DNA of 47,830 bases. Origin: Gemmatimonadales bacterium (GTDB lineage Bacteria > Gemmatimonadota > Gemmatimonadetes > Gemmatimonadales > GWC2-71-9). Of the stretch, positions 28,831 through 39,587 are shown in pieces. The notes under the pieces are model-generated. The model searched no databases, was not told the DNA's origin, and worked only from the letters and a program-made list of their open reading frames with translations. A program made the position numbers and the translations under genes. Position 1 is the stretch's first letter. Every line of letters begins with the position of its first letter. The DNA is taken from NCBI GenBank assembly GCA_039794085.1, contig JBDIWC010000033.1:1-47830 (forward strand), written 5' to 3'.

Positions 28831-31119
28831 TTGGACTCGCTGTTTGAGTTCCTGTTCACCTATCGCCCGGTCGTTTTCTCGCGGGGCCATCTCGTCTGGC
28901 TCGGCGGGCCCCTGGCGTGGGGCGTGGCCGCGATCGTCCTGCTCGGAAGCGCGGTGGCACTCCGAACCTACTTCCGGGTCGGAGGCCGCTCCTCCGCCCG
29001 AGATCGAGCGATCCTCGTCGCCCTCCGCTCCGCGCTGGTTCTCCTCATCCTCGTGCTCCTTTTCCGGCCCACCCTGGTGGTTCCCGCCGCCGTTCCCCAG
29101 CGCAACGTGATCGGCGTCCTTCTCGACGATTCCCGCTCGATGCAGATCGCCGACGGGGACTCGGCGTCTTCCCGCGGTGCCTTCGCCCGCGCCACCTTCG
29201 GCGCGGCCGGGAGCCCCCTCCTCGACGCCCTCGCCGAGCGCTTCCTGGTCCGGATCTTCCGCTTCGATCGCCACGCCGGCCGCATCACCAGCGCCGATGA
29301 CCTCACCCACGCCGGAGACGGCTCGCATCTCGGCGCCGTGCTCGAGGACGCGCGTCGGGATTTGACCACCGCCCCTCTGGCCGGGCTCGTGCTGGTGACC
29401 GACGGCGCCGACAACGCCGACAGCTCCCTGACACCGACCCTGCTCGGGCTCAAGACGCGCGGAGTTCCGGTCTATACCATTGGAGTCGGGAAGGATCGTT
29501 TCGACCGGGACATCGAGGTCACCCGGGTGGATGCCCCGCGCACCGTGCTCTCCGGGTCGAGCATCTTCGTCGAGGCCGATCTGCGGCACACCGGCCTCGG
29601 CGGCCGGACCGTGCCGGTGGTGGTCGAGGGAGACGGGGGCATTCTCGGGTCGGTGGACCTTCTCCTCCCCGCCGACGGGCGCGCGGTCACGGCGCGGGTT
29701 CGCGTCACCCCGACCGCTCCGGGACCCCTCTCGCTCACCGTGCGGGTGCCGGAACAGGCCGGCGAAATCGTCTCCCGAAACAACCGCCGCGACCTCCTGG
29801 TGTCGGTGGTGCAGCGCCGGGAAAAGATCCTCTACTTCGAGGGCGAACCCCGCTACGAGTTCGGGTTCCTGCGCCGAGCCGTGGCGGGGGACAGCGCACT
29901 GCAGGTGGTGGGTCTCCTGCGCAGCGCGGAGCACAAGTACCTCCGGCTCGGCGTGGATGACAGCCTCGAACTGCTCTCGGGGTTCCCCACCCGCCGCGAG
30001 GATCTCTTTGCCTACCGCGCCCTGATTCTGGGGAGCGTCGAGGCCAGTTTCTTCACTGCGGACCAGCTCCGGATGATCGCCGACTTCGTGAGCGTCCGGG
30101 GTGGCGGTCTCCTCGCGCTCGGGGGGCGCCGTGCCTACGGGGAGGGAGGCTTTGCGGGGACCCCGGTGGAGGATGTGTATCCGGTGTCCCTCGCGGGCTC
30201 GTCCCCCGGCGTGGAGGTTCCCGTCATCGCCCTCGGTGCCCGCGCCACACCGGCCGGTCTCCTCAATCCGGTTGCCCAGCTGGCCGGCACTCCCGATTCC
30301 TCTGCGCAGCGATGGCTCGGACTTCCCGTCCTGACCTCGGTGAACCGGGTCGGGGGCCCGAAACCCGGCGCCACGGTGCTGCTGCAGGGGACGAACAACG
30401 GTGGAGACGCCCAGGTGCTGCTGGCCCATCAGCGTTTTGGCCGGGGGAAGGCGGTCGGCCTCCCGGTACAGGACACCTGGATCTGGCAGATGCACGCCGA
30501 CATTCCGGTGGAGGACCAGACCCACGAGACGTTCTGGCGCCAGCTCCTGCGGTGGCTCGCCGAGTCGAGCCCCGCGCGGGTGACCGCCAGCGTGACCCGG
30601 GATCAGGTGTCGGTGGGGGAGGCGATCGTCGTGGAGGCGGAGGTGCGGGATGCCGCCTACAACGCGGTGAATGGAGCGCCGCCCGTGGCTCATGTGACCA
30701 CACCGACCGGCCGCCTGCTCGACCTCCCGATGGAATGGGCGGTGGACCGGGACGGAGTCTATCGTGCCCGGGTGACCGCCACCGAGGAGGGGCGGTACGC
30801 CATCGACGTGCGAACCGAGGCCGGGACCGAGGACTCCCTGCGGGCGGAGCCGGTCTATGTGCGCGCGGGCGACCAGGGTCGCGAGTTCTTCGGGGCCGAA
30901 CGGCAGGAGCCGCTGCTGCGGCGCATCGCGTCGGAAACCGGTGGCCGGTACTACACGCCCGCCACGGCCGCCGGCCTCGCCGAGGACATCGTCTACACCG
31001 AGGCGGGAGTGACGGTGCTGGAGGAAAAGGATCTCTGGAACATGCCCATCATCTTTCTCCTGCTGCTCGGACTCGTGGGCGCGGAATGGGCGTTCCGCCG
31101 CAACCGGGGGCTCGCATGA
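28831..31119 (+). CDS. Membrane-anchored vWA + Ig-like + class I glutamine-amidotransferase-like protein
   Basis: Two N-terminal TMs; MIDAS LDDSRSM and LVTDG; GGGLLALGG, GRGKAV..DTW.W; C-terminal TM with EWAFRR..GL. TTG start after GGAG. Confidence 0.85.
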   Translation: MDSLFEFLFTYRPVVFSRGHLVWLGGPLAWGVAAIVLLGSAVALRTYFRVGGRSSARDRAILVALRSALVLLILVLLFRPTLVVPAAVPQRNVIGVLLDDSRSMQIADGDSASSRGAFARATFGAAGSPLLDALAERFLVRIFRFDRHAGRITSADDLTHAGDGSHLGAVLEDARRDLTTAPLAGLVLVTDGADNADSSLTPTLLGLKTRGVPVYTIGVGKDRFDRDIEVTRVDAPRTVLSGSSIFVEADLRHTGLGGRTVPVVVEGDGGILGSVDLLLPADGRAVTARVRVTPTAPGPLSLTVRVPEQAGEIVSRNNRRDLLVSVVQRREKILYFEGEPRYEFGFLRRAVAGDSALQVVGLLRSAEHKYLRLGVDDSLELLSGFPTRREDLFAYRALILGSVEASFFTADQLRMIADFVSVRGGGLLALGGRRAYGEGGFAGTPVEDVYPVSLAGSSPGVEVPVIALGARATPAGLLNPVAQLAGTPDSSAQRWLGLPVLTSVNRVGGPKPGATVLLQGTNNGGDAQVLLAHQRFGRGKAVGLPVQDTWIWQMHADIPVEDQTHETFWRQLLRWLAESSPARVTASVTRDQVSVGEAIVVEAEVRDAAYNAVNGAPPVAHVTTPTGRLLDLPMEWAVDRDGVYRARVTATEEGRYAIDVRTEAGTEDSLRAEPVYVRAGDQGREFFGAERQEPLLRRIASETGGRYYTPATAAGLAEDIVYTEAGVTVLEEKDLWNMPIIFLLLLGLVGAEWAFRRNRGLA

Positions 31120-32141
31120 TCCCGGCTCGGCTGGTGCTCGCGCTTCTGGCCGCACCGGGGGTGATGGCCGCCCAGGCCACGGCGCCCGCCGACGGCGAGG
31201 GGCGTCATGTCCTGGTCGTGACGGGATTGAGCGGAGAACCGACGTATGCCGCGCGGTTCCAGGACGTGACCACCACCCTTCTCCACGCCTTCGAGAGTCG
31301 GTATCGGATCCCTCGCTCGCGGATTCGCTGGTTCGCGGAAAAGCCCGACGCCGCTCCCGGTCGCGTCACCGGGCGCTCCACCCGGGAGAACGTACTCGGC
31401 GCGCTGGAGGCCCTGGCCACCGAGGTGAAGGAGGGGGACATCGTGTTCCTCCTGCTGATCGGACACGGGAGCATGACGGGCGACGAGGCACGCTTCAACC
31501 TTCCCGGACCCGACATCACCCCGGCGGATCTGGCGGCCCGGCTGAGCCGGTTCCCGCGGCAGACCGTCGTGGTGGTCAACGCCGCGAGTGCGAGTGGAGC
31601 CTTCCTGCAGCCCCTCTCGGCCCCCGGTCGCATCATCATCACCGCCACCAAGACCGGCATGGAACGGAACGAGACGAACTTCGTCTATCCCTTTGTGCAG
31701 GCCCTGGCGGATACCGGGGCCGGCGCCGACGTGGACAAGGATGGCGCGGTGAGTCTCCTCGAGGCGTTCCGTTTCGCCAAGGCCGAAGTGGCGCGCAGTT
31801 TCGAATCGGAAAAGAGCCTGCTGACCGAGCACGCTCTGCTGGATGACGATGGAGACGGGAAAGGGAGCGAGGACCCTCCCCTGAATGCCGTCGGTGGGGA
31901 TGGATCCGTGGCTCGCCGGGTGACACTCCGTTCCGCGGTGGCGGTCGCGGGAGCGGAGTCGGATACGGTGGTGGCCCGCCTGGTGCGGGAGCAGGGAGCA
32001 CTCCAACGGCAGGTCGATGCCCTCCGGGCCCGCAAGGAGAGTCTCCCCGCCGCGGAGTACGAGCAGCAACTCGAGGCGCTCCTGCTCCGCCTGGCCGAAG
32101 TCGGGGCGGAGATCCGCTCCCGCACGGGAGGATCCCGATGA
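31116..32141 (+). CDS. Secreted protein with caspase/C13-like fold and C-terminal coiled coil
   Basis: Signal peptide; FLLLIGHGS; VVNAASASG; IIITAT; ADVDKDGAVSLLEAF. Confidence 0.7.
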   Translation: MIPARLVLALLAAPGVMAAQATAPADGEGRHVLVVTGLSGEPTYAARFQDVTTTLLHAFESRYRIPRSRIRWFAEKPDAAPGRVTGRSTRENVLGALEALATEVKEGDIVFLLLIGHGSMTGDEARFNLPGPDITPADLAARLSRFPRQTVVVVNAASASGAFLQPLSAPGRIIITATKTGMERNETNFVYPFVQALADTGAGADVDKDGAVSLLEAFRFAKAEVARSFESEKSLLTEHALLDDDGDGKGSEDPPLNAVGGDGSVARRVTLRSAVAVAGAESDTVVARLVREQGALQRQVDALRARKESLPAAEYEQQLEALLLRLAEVGAEIRSRTGGSR

Positions 32142-34798
32142 TCCGCCACCGGCTTCCGGGCATTGGTGCCGGAGCTCTTCTGTTCGTCCTCGCCGCACTC
32201 CCGGCCTGTGCCCAGCAGGACCCCGCCACTCTGCGATCCGACGCGGTCGAAGCCGGCCTGACGGGCCGGTACGACGAGGCGCTGTCGCGGTGGCGCCGAC
32301 TGGCCACATCGGATTCGGCTCGCGCCTCGGACCGGCGGAACTGGATCCGGCTCCTGATCGAGACGGGACGGGGCGGGGAGGCCGTGGCAGCGGCTCGTCG
32401 GCTCGGAGCCGACGATCCCGCCCTGGCCACCGTTCTGGGCGAGGCCCTTCGGGCCACCGGGCATCGCGCCGCGGCCGAGAGTGCCTGGGTCCGGGCCCTG
32501 GCTTCCTCCGCGGACGACCGGGCCGTGGCGCGGGTCAATCTGGGTGAGGCATTGGCCGACCGGGGTGACCGCCGGGGCGCCGGGGAACAGTTCGCCGCGG
32601 TGATCTCCTCCCTCACCCGCCGGGAGACCTCCCCGACGGCGGAGGAGTACGTGGCCCTCGGCACCGCCTACCGGCATCTCGGTGCCGACGATCCCTCCCT
32701 CTTCCGCGAAGCTCTCGCGGCCTACGACCGGGCCATCGCCGCGCGACCGGTGACCCATGAGGCCCGCATCCGCCTCGGCGAGCTCTTCCTGGACAAGTTC
32801 AACGGCCCCGACGCCGCAGCAACATTTCGTGAGGTGCTCGCCGTCAACCCGCGACACGCCCGCGCCCTGCTCGGAAAGGCGCGGCACGCCTGGTTCGACG
32901 GCGCGGACAGCGCGTACCACTACACCCGGATGGCGTTGGAGGCCAATCCCTCCCTCCCCGACGCCCACGCCTTCCTGGCCCGGCTGGAACTCGAGGCGGA
33001 GCGGTATCCCGAGGCGGCTGCCGAGGCCGCCGCGGCGCTGAAACAGAATCCCGAGCACCTCCCCGCGCTCGCCATGCTGGCGGCGAGCCGGTATCTCCTC
33101 ACCGACGACGCGGGCTACGCCGCCGCCCGGGACACGGCACTCCGGCTCAACCCGCGCAATGCCGAGTTCCATGCCGACCTCGCCGAGGCGGCGGGCCGCA
33201 ACCGGCTCTACCAGGAAGCGCATGACTTTGCCGACCAGGCGGTACGGCTCGATCCCCGCTCGTGGCGTGCCCTGGCGCTGCGGGGCACCAACGCCCTCCG
33301 GCTCGGCCGGATGGAGGAGGGTCGCCGCGACCTGGAGGACGCATTCCGGGGCGACCCGTTCAATCTCTGGACCAAGAACACGCTCGACCTGCTCGATCAC
33401 CTGGTGGCCTGGCCCGAGACCCGGTCGGCTCGGGACCGATTCCGCTTCGTGATCGATTCCGCCGAGTCGGACCTGCTGACGCCGTACATCGCGCCTCTGG
33501 CGGAGGAGGCCTTCGATTCCCTCGCGGCCCGGTACCAGTACGCACCTCCCACACCGGTTCGCCTGGAGATCTATGGCTCCCATGCCGACTTCTCGGTCCG
33601 CACCGTGGGGCTCGCCGGGCTCGGCGCGCTTGGCGTGAGCTTCGGGTCGGTTCTCGCCATGGACAGCCCCTCCGCCCGCGACCGGGGGGACTTCAACTGG
33701 GGCTCCACCTTCTGGCACGAACTCGGGCATGCCTTCACGCTGGGCATGAGCGGACACCGGGTGCCCCGCTGGTTCTCCGAGGGACTCTCCGTGCTGGAGG
33801 AGCGGCGGGCACGGCCCGCGTGGGGCGCTCGCGCCAACCCCGGTTTCCTCGCCGTACTGAAGGCGGACCGGCTCCTGCCGGTGTCGCGGATGAACGATGG
33901 ATTCATGCGGCCCTCCTACCCGGGGCAGATCATTCACGCCTACTATCAGGCGAGTCTGGTGTGCGAGTACATCGAGGATCGGTGGGGAATGGAGGCCATC
34001 CGCGCCATGCTCATGGGGTACCGGGACCGGAAGACGACTCCGGAACTCGTCCCCGAGGTTCTCGGCGTCTCCGAAAAGGAACTGGATGACGCCTTCGACT
34101 CGTGGATCAAGGAGCGCTTCGCGACCGAGCTGCAGGTGGTGGCCGCCGCACCGGGTTCGGAGTCGGAGGGGCGCGGCCGGGGGCGCGGTCCCTGGCAGGC
34201 GGCAGGAAGCGACGGGGGAGGGGAACTCCAGGTGACGCTGGCTGCGGCCCTGGCCCGCTATCGCGAGAAGGACCTGGATGGTGCCGAAGTACTCTACCGG
34301 CGTGCCATTCCGATGTGGCCGGAGTATGCGGGACCGGGGAACGCCTACACCGGGTTGGCTCTGATTCACCGGGACCGGGGAAACCCCGCGGAGGCGATCG
34401 CGATGCTGTCGGAAGTGACCCGCCGGAATGAGGTGGCCTGGGAGGAGAATCTCCTGGAGGCGGACCTGCGTGCGGCCACGGGTGACACTTTGGGTGCGGC
34501 CGCCGCACTCGAGCGGACCCTCTGGATCCGGCCCGGGGACCCTGCCCTGCACGCGCGGCTCGCGGAGTGGTACCAGACCATCGGAAACCACTCGCTGGCG
34601 GTGCGGGAGCGGCGCTCCGTCCTCGCTCTCGGGCCCGTGGACCGTGCGGACGCGGAGTTCCAGCTGGCGCGGGCACTGGAGGCCGCGGGCGACGGGGTGG
34701 AGGCCCGGCGTGCCGTGCTTCGCGCGCTGGAAATTGCGCCCACCTTTGGCGCCGCCCAGGATCTTCTCCTCCGCCTGCGGGGAGCGGGACGGCCATGA
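32138..34798 (+). CDS. Exported TPR protein with central gluzincin (peptidase MA-like) domain
   Basis: Signal peptide or lipobox (LPAC); many TPR repeats; HELGH followed by PRWFSEG. Confidence 0.88.
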   Translation: MIRHRLPGIGAGALLFVLAALPACAQQDPATLRSDAVEAGLTGRYDEALSRWRRLATSDSARASDRRNWIRLLIETGRGGEAVAAARRLGADDPALATVLGEALRATGHRAAAESAWVRALASSADDRAVARVNLGEALADRGDRRGAGEQFAAVISSLTRRETSPTAEEYVALGTAYRHLGADDPSLFREALAAYDRAIAARPVTHEARIRLGELFLDKFNGPDAAATFREVLAVNPRHARALLGKARHAWFDGADSAYHYTRMALEANPSLPDAHAFLARLELEAERYPEAAAEAAAALKQNPEHLPALAMLAASRYLLTDDAGYAAARDTALRLNPRNAEFHADLAEAAGRNRLYQEAHDFADQAVRLDPRSWRALALRGTNALRLGRMEEGRRDLEDAFRGDPFNLWTKNTLDLLDHLVAWPETRSARDRFRFVIDSAESDLLTPYIAPLAEEAFDSLAARYQYAPPTPVRLEIYGSHADFSVRTVGLAGLGALGVSFGSVLAMDSPSARDRGDFNWGSTFWHELGHAFTLGMSGHRVPRWFSEGLSVLEERRARPAWGARANPGFLAVLKADRLLPVSRMNDGFMRPSYPGQIIHAYYQASLVCEYIEDRWGMEAIRAMLMGYRDRKTTPELVPEVLGVSEKELDDAFDSWIKERFATELQVVAAAPGSESEGRGRGRGPWQAAGSDGGGELQVTLAAALARYREKDLDGAEVLYRRAIPMWPEYAGPGNAYTGLALIHRDRGNPAEAIAMLSEVTRRNEVAWEENLLEADLRAATGDTLGAAAALERTLWIRPGDPALHARLAEWYQTIGNHSLAVRERRSVLALGPVDRADAEFQLARALEAAGDGVEARRAVLRALEIAPTFGAAQDLLLRLRGAGRP

Positions 34799-35544
34799 GG
34801 ACGCGCCGTCTGATCCTGGCTCTGGGAGTGCTGGGGACTCTCGGGGGAGTCGTGTGGGCCCAATTCCCCGGCGGGGGACGACGGGGCCGGGAGGTCCAGG
34901 AGGAGAACATCCCGTACGACGGGCGTTTCGTCTTTGCCCGCATCAAGTATGAGGTGCGTTTCGGACGTGACCTCCCCTGGGCCCACGACTACCCCCGGGC
35001 GGAGCGGCACTTCACCAAGCTGCTGAGCGAGTTGAGCACCGTGATCTCCTACCAGGAGGGGGGGAACATCCTCTCCCTCGACGATCCCGAGCTCTTCAAG
35101 TATCCCGTGGCCTACATGAGTGAACCGGGGTTCTGGACCCTGAGCCCCGCCGAGATCGAGGGGATGCGCGCCTACATCGCCAAGGGCGGGTTCATGATCT
35201 TCGACGATTTCTACGGCAACCAGTGGTACAACTTCGAGGAGCAGATCCGGGTCGTGCTCCCGGACGCCCGTCTCCAGCCCATTCCCCTGAGTCACCCGGT
35301 GTGGGATTCCTTCTTCCGGATCGAGTCCCTCGACTATGACCACCCCAACTTCGCTGTGAAGGCGGTGTTTCTCGGCATCTTCGAGGACAACGACCCGGCG
35401 GGGCGTCTCATCGCCGTCGTCAACTACAACAACGACCTGGGGGATTACTGGGAGTGGTCGGACACCGATCTCGTTCCCATCGATCTCAGCAACACCGCGT
35501 ACAAACTGGGTATCAACTACGTCATCTATGCGATGACGCACTGA
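34795..35544 (+). CDS. DUF4159 domain protein
   Basis: FVFARIKY, WAHDYP.AE, LF.YPVAYMSEPG, GGFMIFDDF, NNDLGDYWE and GINYVIYAMTH. Confidence 0.9.
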   Translation: MRTRRLILALGVLGTLGGVVWAQFPGGGRRGREVQEENIPYDGRFVFARIKYEVRFGRDLPWAHDYPRAERHFTKLLSELSTVISYQEGGNILSLDDPELFKYPVAYMSEPGFWTLSPAEIEGMRAYIAKGGFMIFDDFYGNQWYNFEEQIRVVLPDARLQPIPLSHPVWDSFFRIESLDYDHPNFAVKAVFLGIFEDNDPAGRLIAVVNYNNDLGDYWEWSDTDLVPIDLSNTAYKLGINYVIYAMTH

Positions 35545-35563
35545 CCGAGGAAAGGACGTCTCC

Positions 35564-36601
35564 ATGAGCATGCCCGTGCGCGAGGACCTCGCCGCGACCG
35601 CCCCCCCGAACGACGAGGCCCTCGCCGAGCGGCTCCACACCGGGTACACCGAGGTGCGCGCCGAGCTGCGCAAGCTCATCGTGGGCCAGGACGAGGTCAT
35701 CGAGCAGGCGATGATCGCGCTCTTTGCCGGAGGGAACTGTCTCCTGGTCGGAGTCCCGGGCCTCGCCAAGACCCTGCTGGTGCACACCCTCGCCCAGGTG
35801 CTCGACCTCTCGTTCTCCCGGATCCAGTTCACGCCGGACCTCATGCCGAGCGACGTGACCGGGACCGACATCGTGCAAGAGGATGCGGACACGGGTCGGC
35901 GGCACTTCACCTTCATGCCGGGGCCGATCTTCAGCAACATCGTCCTCGCCGACGAGATCAACCGGACTCCCCCCAAGACGCAATCGGCCCTGCTGGAGGC
36001 GATGCAGGAACGGCGGGTGACGGTCCAGGGGAAGACCTATCCCCTGTCTCCCCCCTTCTATGTGTTCGCCACCCAGAACCCGATCGAGCTGGAGGGAACC
36101 TATCCGCTCCCCGAAGCCCAGCTCGACCGCTTCATGTTCGAGGTGCTCCTCGACTACCTCCCCGAAGAGGAGGAACTCGAGGTGGTGCGCACCACGACGT
36201 CGATCCAGAATCCCAGTTTTCACCATGCGATCCGGGCCCAGGACATGCTCGACTTCCAGCAGCTGGTGCGGCGGGTTCCGGTGGCGGAGGCGGTGACACG
36301 CTACGCGGTGCAGCTGGTCCGGGCCTCGCGCCCCGGGACCGGCGCCGCCGATTTCATCACCAAGTGGGTGCTCTACGGGGCGAGCGTGCGCGCCGCCCAG
36401 GGCCTGATCCTCGGGGGCAAGGCCCGCGCGTTGATGCGGGGGCGGTACCATGTGAGCTTCGAGGACATCCGCGCCCTGGCGGGACCGGTGCTCCGGCACC
36501 GGATCCTCCTCAACTTCCACGCCCAGTCCGAACACGTCACCACCGAAACGGTCATCGAGCGTTTGCTGGAGCATGTCCCCGTGCCCAAGAGCCGGATGTA
36601 A
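35564..36601 (+). CDS. moxR: MoxR-family AAA+ ATPase
   Basis: GVPGLAKT, RIQFTPDLMPSD, LADEINRTPPKTQSALLEAMQE and TQNPIELEGTYPLPEAQLDRF. Confidence 0.97.
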   Translation: MSMPVREDLAATAPPNDEALAERLHTGYTEVRAELRKLIVGQDEVIEQAMIALFAGGNCLLVGVPGLAKTLLVHTLAQVLDLSFSRIQFTPDLMPSDVTGTDIVQEDADTGRRHFTFMPGPIFSNIVLADEINRTPPKTQSALLEAMQERRVTVQGKTYPLSPPFYVFATQNPIELEGTYPLPEAQLDRFMFEVLLDYLPEEEELEVVRTTTSIQNPSFHHAIRAQDMLDFQQLVRRVPVAEAVTRYAVQLVRASRPGTGAADFITKWVLYGASVRAAQGLILGGKARALMRGRYHVSFEDIRALAGPVLRHRILLNFHAQSEHVTTETVIERLLEHVPVPKSRM

Positions 36602-36604
36602 CGG

Positions 36605-37522
36605 ATGACGGGCCCTCGCCACGATCCCACCCGCGCCACCCGGTTCCTCGATCCCGGGGTGCTGGCCGCCATCGGGAACCTGGAACTCCTCGCCCGCACG
36701 GTGGTGGAGGGCTTTCTGCACGGGCTCCACCGGTCACCCCACCTCGGGCTCTCGATGGAGTTTGCCGAACACCGTCCCTACAACCCCGGCGACGATATCC
36801 GGCGGATCGACTGGCGCGTCCTGGCGCGGACCGATCGATTCTACGTCAAGGAATTCGAGGCGGAAACCCACGCAAGCATCACCTTTCTTCTTGACATCTC
36901 CCCCTCGATGAGCTTCGGCAGTGGCCAGGTGTCCAAGCTCGATTACGCCCGGTTCCTGATTGCATCGCTCGCGTGGTTCAGCGCCCGGCAGCGGGACCGC
37001 ATCGGGCTCATCACCTTCGACGGGTCGATTCGGGAGACGATCCCCCCCTCCACCCGGCACCTGACCCGGATCCTCCACGCGCTCGACCGCCTCACCCCCG
37101 GCGCGGGAGGCGAGCCCGGGAGCGCCCTCGGGTCCATCGCCGACCGGGTGCGGCGCCGGAGCATCCTGGTGATCGTTAGCGACTTCTACGACCAGCCGGA
37201 GTCGCTGCTCGAGGGAGTGACCCGGCTGAGGGCCACCGGAAGTGACGTGCTGGCCTTCCACGTGGTCGACCCCGCCGAGCGGGACTTCCCCTACGAGGGT
37301 GCCGCCACGTTCGAGGACCTGGAGAGCGGAGAACGGATTCCCCTCGTGCCCGGGGATCTGCGCGGCGACTATCAGTCGATGATCGCTGAGCACCAGGCCA
37401 CCCTCACCCGGCACATGGGGTCGCAGGGAGTGGACTACGCGATTCTCGGCACCGATCAACCCCTCGACCACGCCCTCTTCGCCTACCTCTCGCGCCGCCA
37501 GGCCATGGCGAGGATCCGCTGA
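36605..37522 (+). CDS. DUF58 (vWA-like) MoxR-associated protein
   Basis: G.HRS..G.S.EFAEHR.Y.PGDD.R.IDW, LDISPSM and VSDF. Confidence 0.95.
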   Translation: MTGPRHDPTRATRFLDPGVLAAIGNLELLARTVVEGFLHGLHRSPHLGLSMEFAEHRPYNPGDDIRRIDWRVLARTDRFYVKEFEAETHASITFLLDISPSMSFGSGQVSKLDYARFLIASLAWFSARQRDRIGLITFDGSIRETIPPSTRHLTRILHALDRLTPGAGGEPGSALGSIADRVRRRSILVIVSDFYDQPESLLEGVTRLRATGSDVLAFHVVDPAERDFPYEGAATFEDLESGERIPLVPGDLRGDYQSMIAEHQATLTRHMGSQGVDYAILGTDQPLDHALFAYLSRRQAMARIR

Positions 37523-39576
37523 TGGGATTCCTTCTCCCCGCCTTCCTGGCCGGATTCGCGGCCCTGGCCATCCCGGTCTGGATTCACCTCCGGCACCGGG
37601 AAAAGAAGGGAGCGACCCTCTTTCCCTCGCTCATGTTCCTGCGGCGGATTCCCTACCGGGAGGTCCGGAGGCAGCAGTTGCATCACCTTCCCCTCTTTCT
37701 GCTGCGGGCGCTGCTCATCACTCTGCTGGTGGCGGCGTTTGCCCGGCCCTACCTCCGGCGCGCCGTGCCGGTGGCCACCATCGATGGAGGATCCCGCGAG
37801 GTGGTGGTCCTTCTCGACCGGTCGTGGAGCATGGAGTATGGAACGCGGTGGTCCCGGGCCGTGGCGGACGTCCGGGAAACCCTGGCCGGGCTCGATCCCG
37901 CCGATCGCGCCACCCTGGTCCTCTTCGACACCGAGGCCTCCGTGCCGGTCCGCGCGGGGAGCAGCGCCGCCGAGATCCTGCCCCTTCTCGACACCCTCCG
38001 GCCCGGCCCGCGCGGCACCCGGTTCGGTCCCGCGCTCAAGGTGGCCCAGGATATCCTGGCGGCGAGCGAAATGCCGCGCAAGGTGCTGCGGCTGGTGAGC
38101 GATTTCCAACGCTCGGGATGGCCCGAGCTGGAGGAGATCCGCCTTCCCGCCAGCACCGCCTTCGAGCCGGTGCCCCTCGGCTCTCCCACGGCCCCCGACG
38201 CCCTGGTCGCCTCGGTGGACCTGCGGAGGGAGGGAGGGTCACGGGTGGTGATCGCGGCCCGGGTGCTCTCGCGCGGGGCCGACCGTCCCGCCACACCCGT
38301 CTCCCTCACCGTCAATGACCGCGTCGTCGAGCGTCGCACCGTCGACCTCCCCGCGGACCAGCCCGTGCTCGTCACCTTCCCGGCGGTGACCCTCACCGCC
38401 GCCGGAAGCCGGGGGGTCGTGACCGTGGAGGGAACCGACTCCCTCTCCCGCGACGACACCCACTTCTTCACGCTGCAGCGGGAGGATCCCCTGCCCGTTC
38501 TCCTCGCGGCCGCCCCCGTCACCTCGGCCCAGGATCCCGCCCTCTTTCTCATGCGGGCCCTGGCAATCCCCGGCCGACCGGCGCTCCAGCTCGACCGTCG
38601 CATCGCGTCCCGACTCGGCGCGCCCGACGTCCGGGGCCGGGAGGTGATCATCGTGCATGACGCGGGCCTGAGCGGAGCCGGCGCGCGGGCAATAGAGGAG
38701 AGGGTGCGTGAGGGAGCAGGGCTTCTTCTCCTCGCGGGGCCCGGCACCGGTGCGGACGCGTGGCCCGAGGCGCTCCGTCCCGCCCGGATCGGGGCCGTGG
38801 TGGACCGGTCGGTGGAGCGCGGGGGCACCATGGCCGCCGTGGAGCGGAATCATCCGGTGTTCGAACTCTTCCGGGGACCGGAGACGGGTGACTTCTCCTC
38901 CGCGCGGTTCTTCCGGTACCGGCGCCTCGATCCCGTGGAGGGTGCGAACGTGCTGGCTCGTTTCGACGATGGCACCCCGGCCCTGGTGGAACGGACCGTG
39001 GGACGGGGGAGGGTGCTCGCGTTCGCCTCGCCGGCCGACAACACCTGGAACGACCTCCCCGTGCAACCGGTCTTCCTCCCGTTCGTCCATGAGATGATGG
39101 TGTACGTGGCGGGGTACAGCGAAACGCCGCCGTGGCATCGGGTCGGCGAGGTGGCCCCGGTGGTCGCGGGCGACTCGGGCCGCGCCGTGTTCGTCAACGG
39201 GCCTGGTGGAACGCGGGATCGGGTGACCACCGGAGCCGATCTCCTCCGGTTCGAGGACGCGGGGTTCTACCGGGTCGTGGAGCCGGGGGTCGGGGGCCGC
39301 GAGGTGCTGAGCTTTGCCGCCAACGTGGACATGGCGGAATCCGAGATGACTCCCCTGGATCCGGAGGAGTTGGCGATCGCGATCGGCGGGGCCGCCGGCC
39401 CCTCGGGAGGCCCGGAGGACGCGCCGATCGGGACCCTTGCCAGTGGCGCTGAGCAGGAGCGGCGCCAGCGGATCTGGTGGTACCTTCTGGTGGGGGTGGC
39501 GCTGCTGGCCGTCACCGAAACCGTGGTGGGCAACCGGCTCTCCGGAATCATCCGGCGGGCCCCGGCAGGATCCTGA
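37522..39576 (+). CDS. BatA N-terminal domain + vWA + GATase-like membrane protein
   Basis: ALAIPVWIHL..FPSLMFL..LLRALLI..AFARP (BatA); LDRSWSM; VSDFQ; C-terminal TM IWWYLL. Confidence 0.92.
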   Translation: MGFLLPAFLAGFAALAIPVWIHLRHREKKGATLFPSLMFLRRIPYREVRRQQLHHLPLFLLRALLITLLVAAFARPYLRRAVPVATIDGGSREVVVLLDRSWSMEYGTRWSRAVADVRETLAGLDPADRATLVLFDTEASVPVRAGSSAAEILPLLDTLRPGPRGTRFGPALKVAQDILAASEMPRKVLRLVSDFQRSGWPELEEIRLPASTAFEPVPLGSPTAPDALVASVDLRREGGSRVVIAARVLSRGADRPATPVSLTVNDRVVERRTVDLPADQPVLVTFPAVTLTAAGSRGVVTVEGTDSLSRDDTHFFTLQREDPLPVLLAAAPVTSAQDPALFLMRALAIPGRPALQLDRRIASRLGAPDVRGREVIIVHDAGLSGAGARAIEERVREGAGLLLLAGPGTGADAWPEALRPARIGAVVDRSVERGGTMAAVERNHPVFELFRGPETGDFSSARFFRYRRLDPVEGANVLARFDDGTPALVERTVGRGRVLAFASPADNTWNDLPVQPVFLPFVHEMMVYVAGYSETPPWHRVGEVAPVVAGDSGRAVFVNGPGGTRDRVTTGADLLRFEDAGFYRVVEPGVGGREVLSFAANVDMAESEMTPLDPEELAIAIGGAAGPSGGPEDAPIGTLASGAEQERRQRIWWYLLVGVALLAVTETVVGNRLSGIIRRAPAGS

Positions 39577-39587
39577 AGGAGGACATC

